DNA from: Mobula hypostoma
Taxonomy: Eukaryota
Reading direction: 5' to 3'
Assembly: GCF_963921235.1 (NCBI RefSeq)
Contig: NC_086097.1
Location: forward strand, 248,312,001-248,376,000
Length of the DNA stretch: 64,000 nucleotides
In this document: piece after piece, positions 13,573-25,358 of the stretch
Layout: the number at the start of each line of letters is the position of its first letter
Numbering within the stretch: position 1 is the stretch's first letter
Notes under the pieces: model-generated
What the model saw: the letters and a program-made list of their open reading frames with translations, nothing else
Told to the model about the DNA's origin: nothing
Databases searched by the model: none
Program-made: the position numbers and the translations under genes

Positions 13573-14103
13573 AAAAATAGAAATGATAAGTATTTTTAAT
13601 CATTTGGAAATTTTGAAAAATACTGAAGTTCAGGTGGATTGTGAAGGAGATTAAAAGGGAGGTAGAATCAGTGATTGAATTTGTGGGATGTAGAAAGAAC
13701 AACTTAATGAGCTGAAAGGCATATTATCATTTTTTGTTATTTCATTAACTTTACTTTGAAAACTAGCCGGATTACTACTAGATTCTTATCACACCGATAG
13801 ATCTTTCTTATGTTAAAATGAAGAATGTTTACCTTCATCCATGGATACAATCAAATGTTTGATGGTATTTCACACTACTTTCTGCTGCTTTGACAAAGGA
13901 CTTGGAGGTAGGTTGAACAGTGTGTTGTAGCACAGTTGGTAGATGCAGTGATTAGCTTCCACACGCTCATGATTGTGGCCTAAAACACCAAATCACGCCA
14001 ACTCTATTCCGACTTAGAAAGCTTAGAGCTTGGCTTTCTGTCAAATATTGAAATGGAGCAAAATTAGTGCTAGGTGGCAAATCAAATCCATTTCTAATAG
14101 TTC

Positions 14104-14985
14104 TGTTGTATATTTAATATTTCAGTTATATGTAAGTAATCTTGTATATATATTGTTTGATGAAACATTCTTATTCATTTTAATAATTGATTACAGGTTA
14201 TACATAAAAATACTTTAATTACATACATCATCATGTTCCCACGTGATACGTGCAGGCGTCACTTAAATTAAAGACCAATTGCCAGATTCCACACATCTTC
14301 CTTTGAATCAATGTAAGGTTTTGAAATCACAAAACATACCATTGGCGATGAGAATGGGATTTCCAGGCAAGTTGTAGTTGTCCTAGCCAATCACGTCACC
14401 GCAATATTGTCCTAGCCAATCATGTCACCACAATATTGTCCTAGCCAATCACGTCACCTCAATATTGTCCTAGCCAATCACGTCACCTCAATATTGGCCC
14501 TCCTGTTTTTACCACATACATGCTCAATGTGGCTTGTTGGTTGCTCGAGTTCACTGTTATGGATGTCATTCCCTCAGGAGTTATCTTTTCTCGAGTGTAA
14601 GTTCTTAGTTGGATATCTGCAGGCTTCAGTTTAGTATCTTTGAAATGCCGTTCAAATTCATTTTGTGGGATGAATGAAACAGCCAAGGCAGTGTCCAATT
14701 CCATTTTAATTAATTTGCCATTCACTTCTGTTTTAAACCATATTGCTTGTCTATTGCTAATTTTCATACTGGAAATCTCAAGGCTACACAATCCTGTGTT
14801 GCCGTCATTATCAGATTTTTCATCAACAGCACGCAGGTTTGTGCTCTTTTAAAACTGCAGCTTCACTTTTTAGCTTTCTCTCTTCCCTGCGCAGACCATT
14901 TATTTTTGGCTGCCCGACATGCTCTTTGTACGTGTCCTATTGTGTTGCATTTTCTGCAAGTTTCGCCTCTAGACCCGCATTTTGA
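14104..14985. mobile_element. Rearranged Gypsy LTR retrotransposon relic: LTR 14104-14341 and PBS-like tggcgatgag on +, gag zinc knuckle and protease on -
   Basis: TGTTG...CA AT-rich LTR. Minus strand reads CRKCNTIGHVQRAC (CX2CX4HX4C) at ~14917-14958 and VNGKLIKMELDTALAVS...LRTYT...YVVKTGGP. Confidence 0.8.
14380..14495. repeat. 4 x 29-bp tandem repeat (gtcctagccaatcacgtcacc[g/a/t]caatatt)
   Basis: Four adjacent copies read directly. Confidence 0.95.
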
Positions 14986-16393
14986 ACTCCTCCGTGTCCC
15001 TTCGAATTTGTTTAACGTTTTGAAGTTACTGAACATATCAAGTTCCTTTGTTGACAGTAAATATCAGTAGCCTCGGATACTTGGTGCATGTAAACTAAGA
15101 TACCTTCTGTTCCTGGTTCTACTTAGTTATCAAGTTTGTGTGGAAAGTGGGTTATTTTATCTCAAGTCTGTATTCTTGTTTGAGATTTAGAACCAGACAG
15201 TTTGCAATATTGGCATCATGTTTGACCCCCAGGTCAGTTTCCAATCACAAACTTATTAGCCAGTACTGTCACCACTGCCAGTCCTGACCCAGGTGATACC
15301 TGAGCAGCTGATACAGGTCTTTGTTCTGGAGCATTGGATGTAGAAAACTGAGGGGAGATATGATAGAGGTATACAAAATTATGAGGGGTATAGACAGGGT
15401 AAATGCAACCAGGCTTTTTCCACTGAGGTTGAGTGGCACTACAACCAGAGGTCATGGGTTAAGGGTGAAAGGTGAAAAGTTTAAGGGGAACATGAGGGGA
15501 AACTTCTTCACTCACTCAGAGAGTCATGAGCGTGTGGAATGAGATGCCAAATGCAAGTGGTGCACGTGAGCTTGATTTCAACATTTAAGAGAAGTTTGGA
15601 TAGGTACATGGATAGTAGGGCTATGGCCTGGGTGTAGGTTAATGGGAGTCGGCAGTTTAAAATGGTCCAGCACAGACTAAATGGGCTGAAGGGCCTGTTT
15701 CTGTGCTGTTCTTTTCTATGACTCTATTACAACACAGTACAAGCCCTTCGCCGATGATGTTGTGCTGACATTTTAACCTTCTCCAAGATCTATCTAACCC
15801 TTCCCTCCCGCATTACCCTCCATTTTTTCTATCATCTATGTGCTTGTCTATGAGTCTCTTAAATGTCCCTAATGTATCTGTCTCTACCACCGCCCCTGGC
15901 AGAGTGGTCATTGCACTCACCACTCTCTGTATAAAGAACAGACATCTGACATCCCCCTATACTTTCCTCCAATCACCTTAAAACTATGCTCCCTGGTATC
16001 AGCCCTGGGAAAACGGTTTCTGGCTGTCCACTCTTATCATCTTGTGTACCTCTGTCAAGTTCTCGGGGGCTGCTCTTGCTGCTAAATGCCCCCAGATACT
16101 AGATTAATTTCTTGTTGTTACCTGAACATGACGAGGAAGCAATGCTGAATTATAGACTGGCTCCAAATTACTCATGAGTTTTGTAGCTACAGCGTTTCAG
16201 CGTCACTTTGTGTGTGGTTGCTAGGGAAAGCAGAAGTGAAGCTTCACTTCACAAGGCACAAGTCCCAGAAACCTTTCGGACTGTGTCAGGTTGATGACCA
16301 GAAATAGTTTTTGACTGTACATGATCGTGCTGTGTCGGGTCTCACCACACCACCAACTGATTTATGACTGTCCAATCTGCTTTCATCTTACAG

Positions 16394-16544
16394 TGACTCA
16401 GGACCACTGAGGATTTCCAAGACCCCGACCCCTCCAGAGGAGCTGTCTCCGCCCAGTAGTCCAGTGACCAGCCCAAACCACACCTTGGCGCCCGTGGTCG
16501 TGTCGCCGGCCCATACTCCAACTCGTCCCAAATCACCATCTCAG
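16394..16544 (+). CDS. AMPH: Amphiphysin proline-rich exon: (S)DSGPLRISKTPTPPEELSPPSSPVTSPNHTLAPVVVSPAHTPTRPKSPSQ
   Basis: Acceptor tttcatcttacag, donor CAG|gtaaca; 151 nt = 1 nt + 50 codons. Matches AMPH DSGPLRIAKTPSPPEE...SPNHTLAP...RPRSPSQ. Confidence 0.96.
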
Positions 16545-17544
16545 GTAACATTTCAAGTGGGGATATAGATAGATTCAGGTGATGGACTCTCTGTCTTGTT
16601 TTGCAATGCTGATGAATTGACATCACCATCAGGCAGAAGGTGCATGAATCTCAGGTCTCACACCACCAGGTTCAGGAACAATTATTACCCTTCAACCGTC
16701 AGGCCTCTGAACCAGCATGGATAATTTCACTCACCTCAACACTGAACTGATTCCACAATCTTCAGGCTTAGTCTCAAGGATTCTACAACACATGTTCTCA
16801 GTTTGTTTTGTGCCATGTCATATGACATGAGCGATCATGCTCTTTCCATAACCATGATTGTTCTTGGCAAACTTTTCTACAGAAGTGGTTTGCCATTGCC
16901 TTCTTCTGGGCAGTGTCTTTACAAGACGAGAGACTCCAGCCGTTATCAATACTCTTCAAAGATTGTCTGCCTGGCGTCAGCGGTCGCATAACCAGGACTT
17001 GTGATATGCGCCAACTGTTCATACGACCATCCACCATGGCTTCGGGTGACCCTGATCTGAGGGGCTGAGCGGATGCTGCACCTTGCCCATGGGCCAGTCT
17101 AAGACCTACAGGACAGCAGATGGAAGATAGAGACATATCTTCACCCTGCCACCCATTCTCAGTATTTTTTTATTTGCAGTTTGTCTTCTTTTGCACAGTG
17201 GTTGTTTGTCCGTCTTTGTTTATGTATGAATTCACTTCTATTTCCTCTTTTCCTGTAAATGCCTACAAGAAAACCCTTATTCCTTCAGGGCTCCCACCCA
17301 TATGGTAATCAACAATAGCCAATTAACCTATCAACTGGCAGGTCTTTGTGGCGTGTGAGGAACCAGGAGCGCTTTGGGGGAAATGTAAATTGTCTCGGGG
17401 AGAGTGTACTATTGCACAGACATCACCAGGAGTTCAGATTTACATTAAGACGGAGGAGCAGAATTAAACCATTCGGCCCTTTGAGTCTGTTCCGCCCTTC
17501 CACCCCTCTCAGCCCCTTCGGCCCACAATGTTGTGCTGAACCCC

Positions 17545-18080
17545 CTACAAAGTAAATTTAAAAAAAACCCCAAAACGAATCCCTCCTACCTACACAATGT
17601 CCGTATCTCGCCATCTTCCTCATACCCATGTGCCTATCTAAACGTCTCTTAAAAGCCGCTAATGTATCTGTCTCTACCACCACCCCAGGCAGCACATTCC
17701 AGATAGCCACTACTCTCTGAGTAAAAATTTACCTCTCACATTCCCTTCAAACCCACCCCCTCTCGCCTTCAACACATGCCCTCTGGTATTAGACATTTCA
17801 ACCTGAGGAAAATGATACTCTCTGTCCACTTTGTCTATGCCTCTCCTAATCTTATAAACCTCTATCAGATCTCCTGTTAACCTCCGCTGCTCCAGTGAAA
17901 ATAACCCGTTTATCCAGTTTCTCATGATAGCACATGCCCTTTAAACCAGGCAGCATCCTGGTAAACCTCTTCTGCATCCAGTCCAAAGCCTCAACATCCT
18001 TCCTACAGTGGGGTGATCAGAACTGTGCGCAACACTCCAGAAGTGGCCTAACAAGAGTCTTATAAAGTTGCAACATAACT
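17545..18080 (-). mobile_element. CR1 3' fragment
   Basis: GLFSLEQRRLTGDLIEVYKI...NTRGHVLK on the minus strand. Confidence 0.8.
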
Positions 18081-18092
18081 CTTGGGCATTCT

Positions 18093-18272
18093 GAATGCAG
18101 CAGTCCAGGCAGCATCTCTAAGAAGAGGTGCAGTCGACGTTTCAGGCCGAGACCCTTCGTCAGGACTAACGTCGACTGCAGCTCTTCCTAGAGATGTTGC
18201 CTGGCCTGCTGCATTCACCAGCAACTTTGATGTGTGTTGCTTGAATTTCCAGCATCTGCAGAATTCCTGTTG
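18093..18272. mobile_element. Mini Penelope-derived insertion with inverted terminal arms and a 13-bp target-site duplication
   Basis: TSD tcttgggcattct at 18080-18092 and 18273-18285. ~50-bp inverted arms at 18092-18141 and 18168-18217 with 4 mismatches. Confidence 0.85.
18132..18167 (-). ncRNA. Minimal type I hammerhead ribozyme motif of the Penelope-associated kind
   Basis: Minus strand reads AGTC-CTGACGA-AGGGTCTCGGCCT-GAAA-C-GTC-GACT: stem I AGTC/GACT, core CUGANGA and GAAA, short stem II, loopless palindromic stem III (ACGU), GUC cleavage triplet. Confidence 0.75.
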
Positions 18273-19010
18273 TCTTGGGCATTCTCCTGTCTTTTCCCAA
18301 GTAACTTTGACCTTTGAATCTGGATTGCTCTGGGTATGGGGCAGCAAATGTGCTCCTCTGCCTGGCTGCACCCTCTTGAATCTGCCCAGGTGCGGCCCAG
18401 CCAATGGAGCAGCGTGACTTCTCTCTGAATTTTATGGAATACTGTACATAAACAAAGACTGACGAACAACCAATGTGTAAAAGAAGGCAAATTGTGCAAA
18501 TGAGAAAAGAAATACTGAGAACGTGAGTTGTAAAGAGTCCATGAAAGTGAGTCTGTAGGTTGCAAAATCAGTTCAGGAGCTTGGTGTTTTGGTATAGAAC
18601 TGTGCAAAAGTCCTAGGTGTAGTATATATGTAATTACACGTATATAGCTCTATGCCTAAGACTTTTGTACAGTACCATAGTAATTTTATGCATTACACCG
18701 TACTGCTGCCGCAAAACAAATTTTGTAACACGTGAGTGATGATAAACCTGACTCTGATATGGGTCTCTATTGTGGACTGAGAGTGGGAAGGGGGCAGGGA
18801 GAGGGGAATCATGGTTGGGAAAATGGGATGGAGAGGTGAGGGAGTGGGAAGCACCAGAGAGACATTCTGTAATGATCAATACACCAATTGTTTGGAATCA
18901 AATGACCTTGCCTGGGGCTCAGGGCTGGGTGTGTCTGTACCCGTACCAACCCCCATACCTGGCACTATTTCTCTGCCATCTGTTCCACATCTGATACCTG
19001 TAAGTATATA

Positions 19011-19745
19011 GACTCGGTGGTAAATTTATAAGGTACTGGAGTAGAACCTGGTTTGGTCTTCTGCTGCTGTAGCCCATCCACTTCAAGGTCAACATGTTGT
19101 ACATTCAGAGATGTTCTTCTGCACACCACTGTTGTAATGTGTGGTTATTTGAGTTAGTCGCCTTCCTGTCAGCTTGAACCAGTCTGGCCATTCTCCTCTG
19201 ACCTCTCTCATTAACAAAAAGTTTTCGCCCACAGAACTGCTGCTCACTGGAGGATTTTTTCATATTTTGCACCATTCTCTGTAAATTCCAGAGCAGGGGT
19301 GGCCAACCTTTAAAATTCCATGCGTCAATTTTTCACGCACGAGTTCAGATGCGATTTTTTCACGCATGATTTCTATATTAACATATTTTTACAAGAATTG
19401 AATGAGGGTACAAGAGTTGTATGGCGCATGTGAACTCGTGCGTGAAAAAATTGACGCATGGAATGCGAAAGGTTGGCCACCCCTGCTCTAGAGACTGCTG
19501 TGCATGAAAATCCCAGGAGATCGGCAGTTTCCGAGATACCTAAACCATCCTGTCTGGCACCGACAGTATTTCCAGGTCAAAGTCACTTATATCACATTTC
19601 TTCCCTATTCTAATGTTTGGTCTGAACAACAACTGAACCTCTTGACCATGTCTGCACACTGTTATGCATTGAATTGCTGCCACACGATTAGCTGATTCAA
19701 TATTTGCATTAACAAGCAGATGTACCTGATAAAGAGAATGACTCC
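19011..19745. mobile_element. Non-autonomous Tc1/mariner-like element hosting a MITE
   Basis: Degenerate inverted ends (tttataaggtac ... gtacctgataaa); no coding capacity seen. Confidence 0.5.
19294..19485. mobile_element. hAT (Charlie-like) MITE, 192 bp, largely palindromic
   Basis: TIR caggggtggccaaccttt / aaaggttggccacccctg extending to ~55 bp; 8-bp flanks ttccagag / ctctagag. Confidence 0.85.
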
Positions 19746-19872
19746 ATTAAGATTTGACAGAAGGGGGAAAGCTTTAATCTGCTGTTTGTACAGTGACGCT
19801 CCCAGGAGCGTGAAGTTGTGGAATCTTCCGTTTGTGGCCTGTTTCTGACCTCCTTTACCTTGTTGAATTTAG

Positions 19873-20001
19873 CTAAGGAAAGGACCTCCCGTCCCACCGC
19901 CACCAAAACTGACCCCAACAAAAGAGCTGCAGCCGGAAAACATCATCAACTTCTTCGAGGACAACTTTGTTCCAGAGATCAACGTCACCAGCTCATCGCA
20001 G
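19873..20001 (+). CDS. AMPH: Amphiphysin exon with PxxP motifs and AP-2-binding FxDx[44 protein letters not shown]
   Basis: Acceptor gaatttag, donor CAG|gtgaga; 129 nt, phase 0-0. Matches [46 protein letters not shown]. Confidence 0.97.
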
Positions 20002-21954
20002 GTGAGAGAACTTTATGTCTACACTGTTTCCCGGGAGTGGCCCGTCCGTAGTTCACAGGAGGCATGTGTGATGGAATATCAACGTTATAGCCAAAGGCAT
20101 GAGCTGTAACCACATTTACAGTGTTAACTATTCACTCAGTTCTTTATAGGAAAACAGAAAATGCATCATCATAACATTTCACAGCCTCCCAGTGTTTCAA
20201 AGCACTTCATATCGATCACTTAGTGGATACTGCCACATAGCACTGTGAATTCCACAACCAGACAGCTGTTTTGTCTGATGTTGAAAGTAAACTTATTGTC
20301 AAAGTACTATATAAATGTCACCATATACTACTTGGAGATCCTTTTTCTTGCAGGACGAAAAGGAATACGATATAATTTTATGAGAAACTATTTATAAACA
20401 GACAAGCAACCGATCTGCAAAAGAAGACTAAGTGTGCAAAGAAAAATAATACTGAGAACATAAGTTGTGCACAGTGCTTTGAGAGTGAGTCTGTGGGTTG
20501 TAGGATCAGTTCAGTGTAGAGGTGAATGAAGTTATCCACCAGTGGTTGTAGGGTAATAACTGTTCCTGAACCTGCTGATGTGAGACCCAAGGCTTCTGTA
20601 CCTCCTGCCCAATGGTAGTAGTGAGAAAAGAGCAAGGCCTGGATGGTGGGGGTCTTTGATGATGGAGTAGAGTTTGGCCTATCGAGTCTGCTCTGCCATT
20701 CCATCATGGCCAATTAATTATCCCTCTCAACCCCATTCTCCTGCCTTCTCCCTGTAACCTTTCATGCTCTGACTAATCAAAAATGTAACAACCTCTGCCT
20801 TAAACCCCCGCAGTCGCCTGTGGCCACAAGTTCCACAGATTCACCACCGTCCGGCTGAAGAAATGATGGATGCTGCTTTCTTGTGGCAGCGCTCCATGTC
20901 AATGTGCTGAATAGTGGGGAGGGCTTTTCCTGTGACGGACCAGGCTGTATCCACCACTTTCTGTTGCCTTTTCCATTCCTGGGCACTGGTGTTTCCATAC
21001 CAGGCCGTGACGCAACTCTCTGCTGTGCATCTACCGAAGTTTGATTTTGATATTGATTGAGGGACATCCGAAGAATGCAAGTCCTCAAATCACCTATAAG
21101 ACTTGGACCTTCTCTGGAGGAACATCAGGGTTTGGTTTAATGTGTTATCATATCCTCAGTACAATCACTGTGCACTAACCTGTAGTGTTAGCCTAGACTG
21201 TGAGCTCAAGTTTATGGCGCAGAAACTTCGGGCCATCATTAAGGACCCTTGTCATCCAGGACATGCTCTCTTCTCATTGCTACCATCAGGGAGGTACAGG
21301 AGCCTGAAGACACACACTCAACATTCAGAATCGGAATCAGAATCCGGTTTAATACTACCAGCATATTATCTGACAGCCGTACATCGCAATATATAGTAAT
21401 TGTAAATTACAGTAAGAATTATATTTATATTTTAAAAAATTGAAGTAAGTAGTAGTGCAAAACTAGAAATGGAAGTAGTGAGGTAGTATTCGTGGGTTCG
21501 ACCTCCACTCAGAGATCTCCTGGGTGCTGGGGAGGCTGGTGCCCAGGATGGAGCTGACTGAGTTTACACCCTCTGCGGCTGATTTCAGTCCTGCACAGTG
21601 CTCCCCCTGCTATCAGACAGCGATGCAGCCAGTTAGGATGCTCTCCACAGTACATCTGGACTATGCATCATGTGTCTGAACGGAACATTAATCCACAAAC
21701 ACTTCCTCGATATTCCCTCTCATTTTGCACTACTTACGAAGTTTTCATTGTAACTGATCATCAGGCTTTACGTGTTGCACTGTGCAGCGGCCACAAAGCA
21801 ACACATTTCACAACGTATGGCCGTGACAATAAACCGGAGTCTGACCCTGATTCTGACCTTCCTCCTCAACATTGCTGGAACTCCTTCAAAGGGAGGCAAT
21901 AGCAGATCGAGGAGGTCTGGCAATAGACTCTGTGTGACACCTAGCCAAAAGAAA

Positions 21955-24690
21955 ACATCATCATCATCATCAGGTGCCGTGCCCAGTTTGAACTTTGACT
22001 GCCAAGGCCCACACACTCCTGTTTCGGGTCAAGTGGATCAATTCATTGGTATTCATTTCCAGTTTTCTGGCTGCTGTCTCCATCATCATTTGTTTTTGTC
22101 TTCCTCTTGCTTTCTTCCCTTTAATCTTTCCCATAATTACCGTGCATTCTAACTCCTCTCTCCTAATCACATGTCCAATAAAGTTACATTGCCTTCTCAT
22201 GATCTCATACATTATTTCTCTTTTTGTGCTTGCTCTGTTCATGACTTCCTTGTTAGATATTCATTTCGTCCATGATATTCTTTGCATCCTCGGCAAAAAC
22301 CACATCTCTGCTGCTTCAATTCGTTTCCTCATGTAACTAGATATTGTCCTACATTCTGAGCCAAATAACATACAAATTAGCCAGAGAAAGTGGCTCACCT
22401 GAGGACTGGGAGGAATTCAGAGTTCAGCAGAGGAGGACAAAGGGCTTAATTAGGAAGGGGAAAAAAGATTATGAGAGAAAACTGGCAGAGAACATAAAAA
22501 CGGACTGTAAAAGCTTTTATAGATATGTAAAAAGGAGAAGACTGGTAAAGACAAATGTAGGTCCCCTGCAGACAGAAACAGGTGAATTGATTATGGGGAG
22601 CAAGGACATGGCAGACCAATTGAATAATTACTTTGGTTCTGTCTTCACTAAGGAGGACATAAATAATCTTCCAGAAATAGTAAGGGACAGAGGGTCCAGT
22701 GAGATGGAGGAACTGAGTGAAATACATGTTAGTAGGGAAGTGGTGTTAGGTAAATTGAAGGGATTGAAGGCAGATAAATCCCCAGGGCCAGATGGTCTGC
22801 ATCCTAGAGTGCTTAAGGAAGTAGCCCAAGAAATAGTGGATGCATTAGTGATAATTTTTCAAAACTCGTTAGATTCTGGACTAGTTCCTGAGGATTGGAG
22901 GGTGGCTAATGTAACCCCAATTTTTAAAAAAGGAGGGAGAGAGAAACCGGGGAATTATAGACCGGTTAGCCTAACGTCGGTGGTGGGGAAACTGCTGGAG
23001 TCAGTTATCAAGGATGTGATAACAGCACATTTGGAAAGCGGAGAAATGATCGGACAAAGTCAGCATGGATTTGTGAAAGGAAAATCATGTCTGACGAATC
23101 TCATAGAATTTTTTGAGGATGTAACTAGTAGAGTGGATAGGGGAGAACCAGTGGATGTGGTATATTTGGATTTTCAAAAGGCTTTTGACAAGGTCCCACA
23201 TAGGAGATTAGTGTGCAAACTTAAAGCACTCGGTATTGGGGGTAAGGTATTGGTGTGGGTGGAGAATTGGTTAGCAGACAGGAAGCAAAGAGTGGGAATA
23301 AACGGGACCTTTTCAGAATGGCAGGCGGTGACTAGTGGGGTACCGCAAGGCTCAGTGCTGGGACCCCAGTTGTTTACAATATATATTAATGACTTGGATG
23401 AGGGAATTAAATGAAGCATCTCCAAGTTTGTGGATGACACGAAGCTTGGCGGCAGTGTTAGCAGTGAGGAAGATGCTAAGAGGATGCAGGGTGACTTGGA
23501 TAGGTTGGGTGAGTGGGCAAACTCATGGCAGATGCAATTTAATGTGGATAAATGTGAAGTTATCCACTTTGGTGGCAAAAATAGGAAAACAGATTATTAT
23601 CTGAATGGTGGCCAATTAGGAAAAGGGGAGGTGCAACGAGACCTGGGTGTCATTATACACCAGTCATTGAAAGTGGGCATGCAGGTACAGCAGGCGGTGA
23701 AAAAGGCGAATGGTATGCTGGCATTTATAGCGAGAGGATTCGAGTACAGGAGCAGGGGGGTACTACTGCAGTTGTACAAGGCCTTGGTGAGACCACACCT
23801 GGAGTATTGTGTGCAGTTTTGGTCCCCTAATCTGTGGAAAGACATCTTTGCCATAGAGGGAGTACAAAGAAGGTTCACTAGATTGATTCCTGGGATGGCA
23901 GGACTCTCATATGAAGAAAGACTGGATGAACTGGGCTTGTACTCGTTGGAATTTAGAAGATTGAGGGGGGATCTGATTGAAACGTATAAAATCCTAAAGG
24001 GATTGGACAGGCTAGATGCAGGAAGATTGTTCCCGATGTTGGGGAAGTCCAGAACGAGGGGTCACAGTTTGAGGATAAAGGGGAAGCCTTTTAGGACCGA
24101 GATTAGGAAAAACTTCTTCACACAGAGAGTGGTGAATCTGTGGAATTCTCTGCCACAGCAAACTGTTGAGGCCAGTTCATTGGCTATGTTTAAGAGGGAG
24201 TTAGATATGGCCCTTGTGGCTACGGGGGTCAGGGGGTATGGAGGGAAGGCTGGGGCGGGGTTCTGAGTTGGATGATCAGCCATGATCATAGTAAATGGCG
24301 GTGCAGGCTCGAAGGGCCGAATGGCCTACTCCTGCACCTATTTTCTATGTTTCTATGTTTCTATAATTGGATAAATGTAGCATTTCAGTGCTTAGAGGCG
24401 GGTTGTCATGCCTAGTTTAGTATTGGTCAGTATACTCTTCATTCTCCTAAAGGTGCCTTTTGCCATCCCTATTCTTCTTTGGATGTCCACGTCGCACCTG
24501 CCATCTGATGTCACCCAGCTTCCTAAGTAGCAAAAGTTCTTTACTTGTTTTATGTCTTCGCCGTTTATTCTCAGCCCGCAGATAGGATTCTCCTTCTTTT
24601 TGGATATTACCATACATCCTGTCTTTTTGCAATTGATAGATAGACCCATTTTTGCACTTTCTTCAACAATTATATCAATTAAGTCAATAA
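21955..24690 (-). mobile_element. RTE-clade LINE 3' part, split by a CR1 insertion
   Basis: ESAKMGLSINCKKT..FCYLGSWVTSDGRCDVDIQRRIGMAK (24392-24690) continues into GSE..RKRIEAAEMWFL and FIGHVIRREELECTVIMGKIKGKKARGRQ; (GAT)n tail at ~21957-21972. Confidence 0.85.
22369..24364 (+). mobile_element. Young 5'-truncated CR1 LINE, same subfamily as 2441-4225, with one premature TGA at 23412-23414
   Basis: Near-identical protein and DNA to the 2441-4225 copy; (tttctatg)n tail. Confidence 0.95.
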
Positions 24691-25059
24691 TATCAAAAAA
24701 GAAAACATAGATCATAGAATATAGAACAATATGTTTTCTATGTTCTACGTTTCTATGTTCTAATACTGCTAAGATCAATCTAACTTTTCCCTCCCACATA
24801 GCCCCCCATTTTTCGAAGTTCGAAGTAAATTTATTATCAAATTACATATATATCACTATATTTGTTCAGATCCCCTCATGAGCCCTTAAGCACAGTCCAG
24901 CTACTGAAAGCTATTCCTCGGCCTCCTGGGATCACCTCTCTGTTGTCCTTACTCTTCAGCCTCTGTCTGTGTGCAGGTAGGAGCAGGACGGACAGGTGAT
25001 CAAATTTCCCGAAATACAGTCTGGGCATGGAACAATAAGTATTCCTAATTGTAATATAG

Positions 25060-25358
25060 CACTGGTCAAGTGGTTAAGGCGTTCGTCTAGTGATTTGAAG
25101 GTCGCTAGTTCGAGCCTTGGCCGAGGCAACGTGTGTGTCCTTGAGCAAGGCACTTAACCATACATTGCTCTGCGACGACACCGGTGCCAAGCTGTATGGG
25201 TCCTAATGCCCTTCCCCTGGACCACATCGGTGGCATGGAGAGGGGAGACTTGCAGCATGGGCAACTGCTGGTCTTCCATACAACCTTGCCCAGGCCTGCG
25301 CCCTGGAAACCTTCCAAGGTGCAAATCCATGGTCTCATGAGACTAACGGATGCCTATT
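25060..25358 (+). mobile_element. tRNA-derived CORE-type SINE
   Basis: A box tggtcaagtgg, B box agttcgagcc, CORE-like gtgtccttgagcaaggcacttaacc; second copy at ~27052-27362. Confidence 0.75.

Noticed and set aside
13833..13979. Antisense exon-like segment (ttttag...GAAG|gtaaac on the minus strand)
   Set aside because: Stops in all three frames and no partner exons found. A non-coding antisense exon cannot be excluded but is unsupported.
25060..25125. tRNA gene (also ~27055-27125)
   Set aside because: The A and B boxes continue into a SINE body and tail; these are SINE heads.
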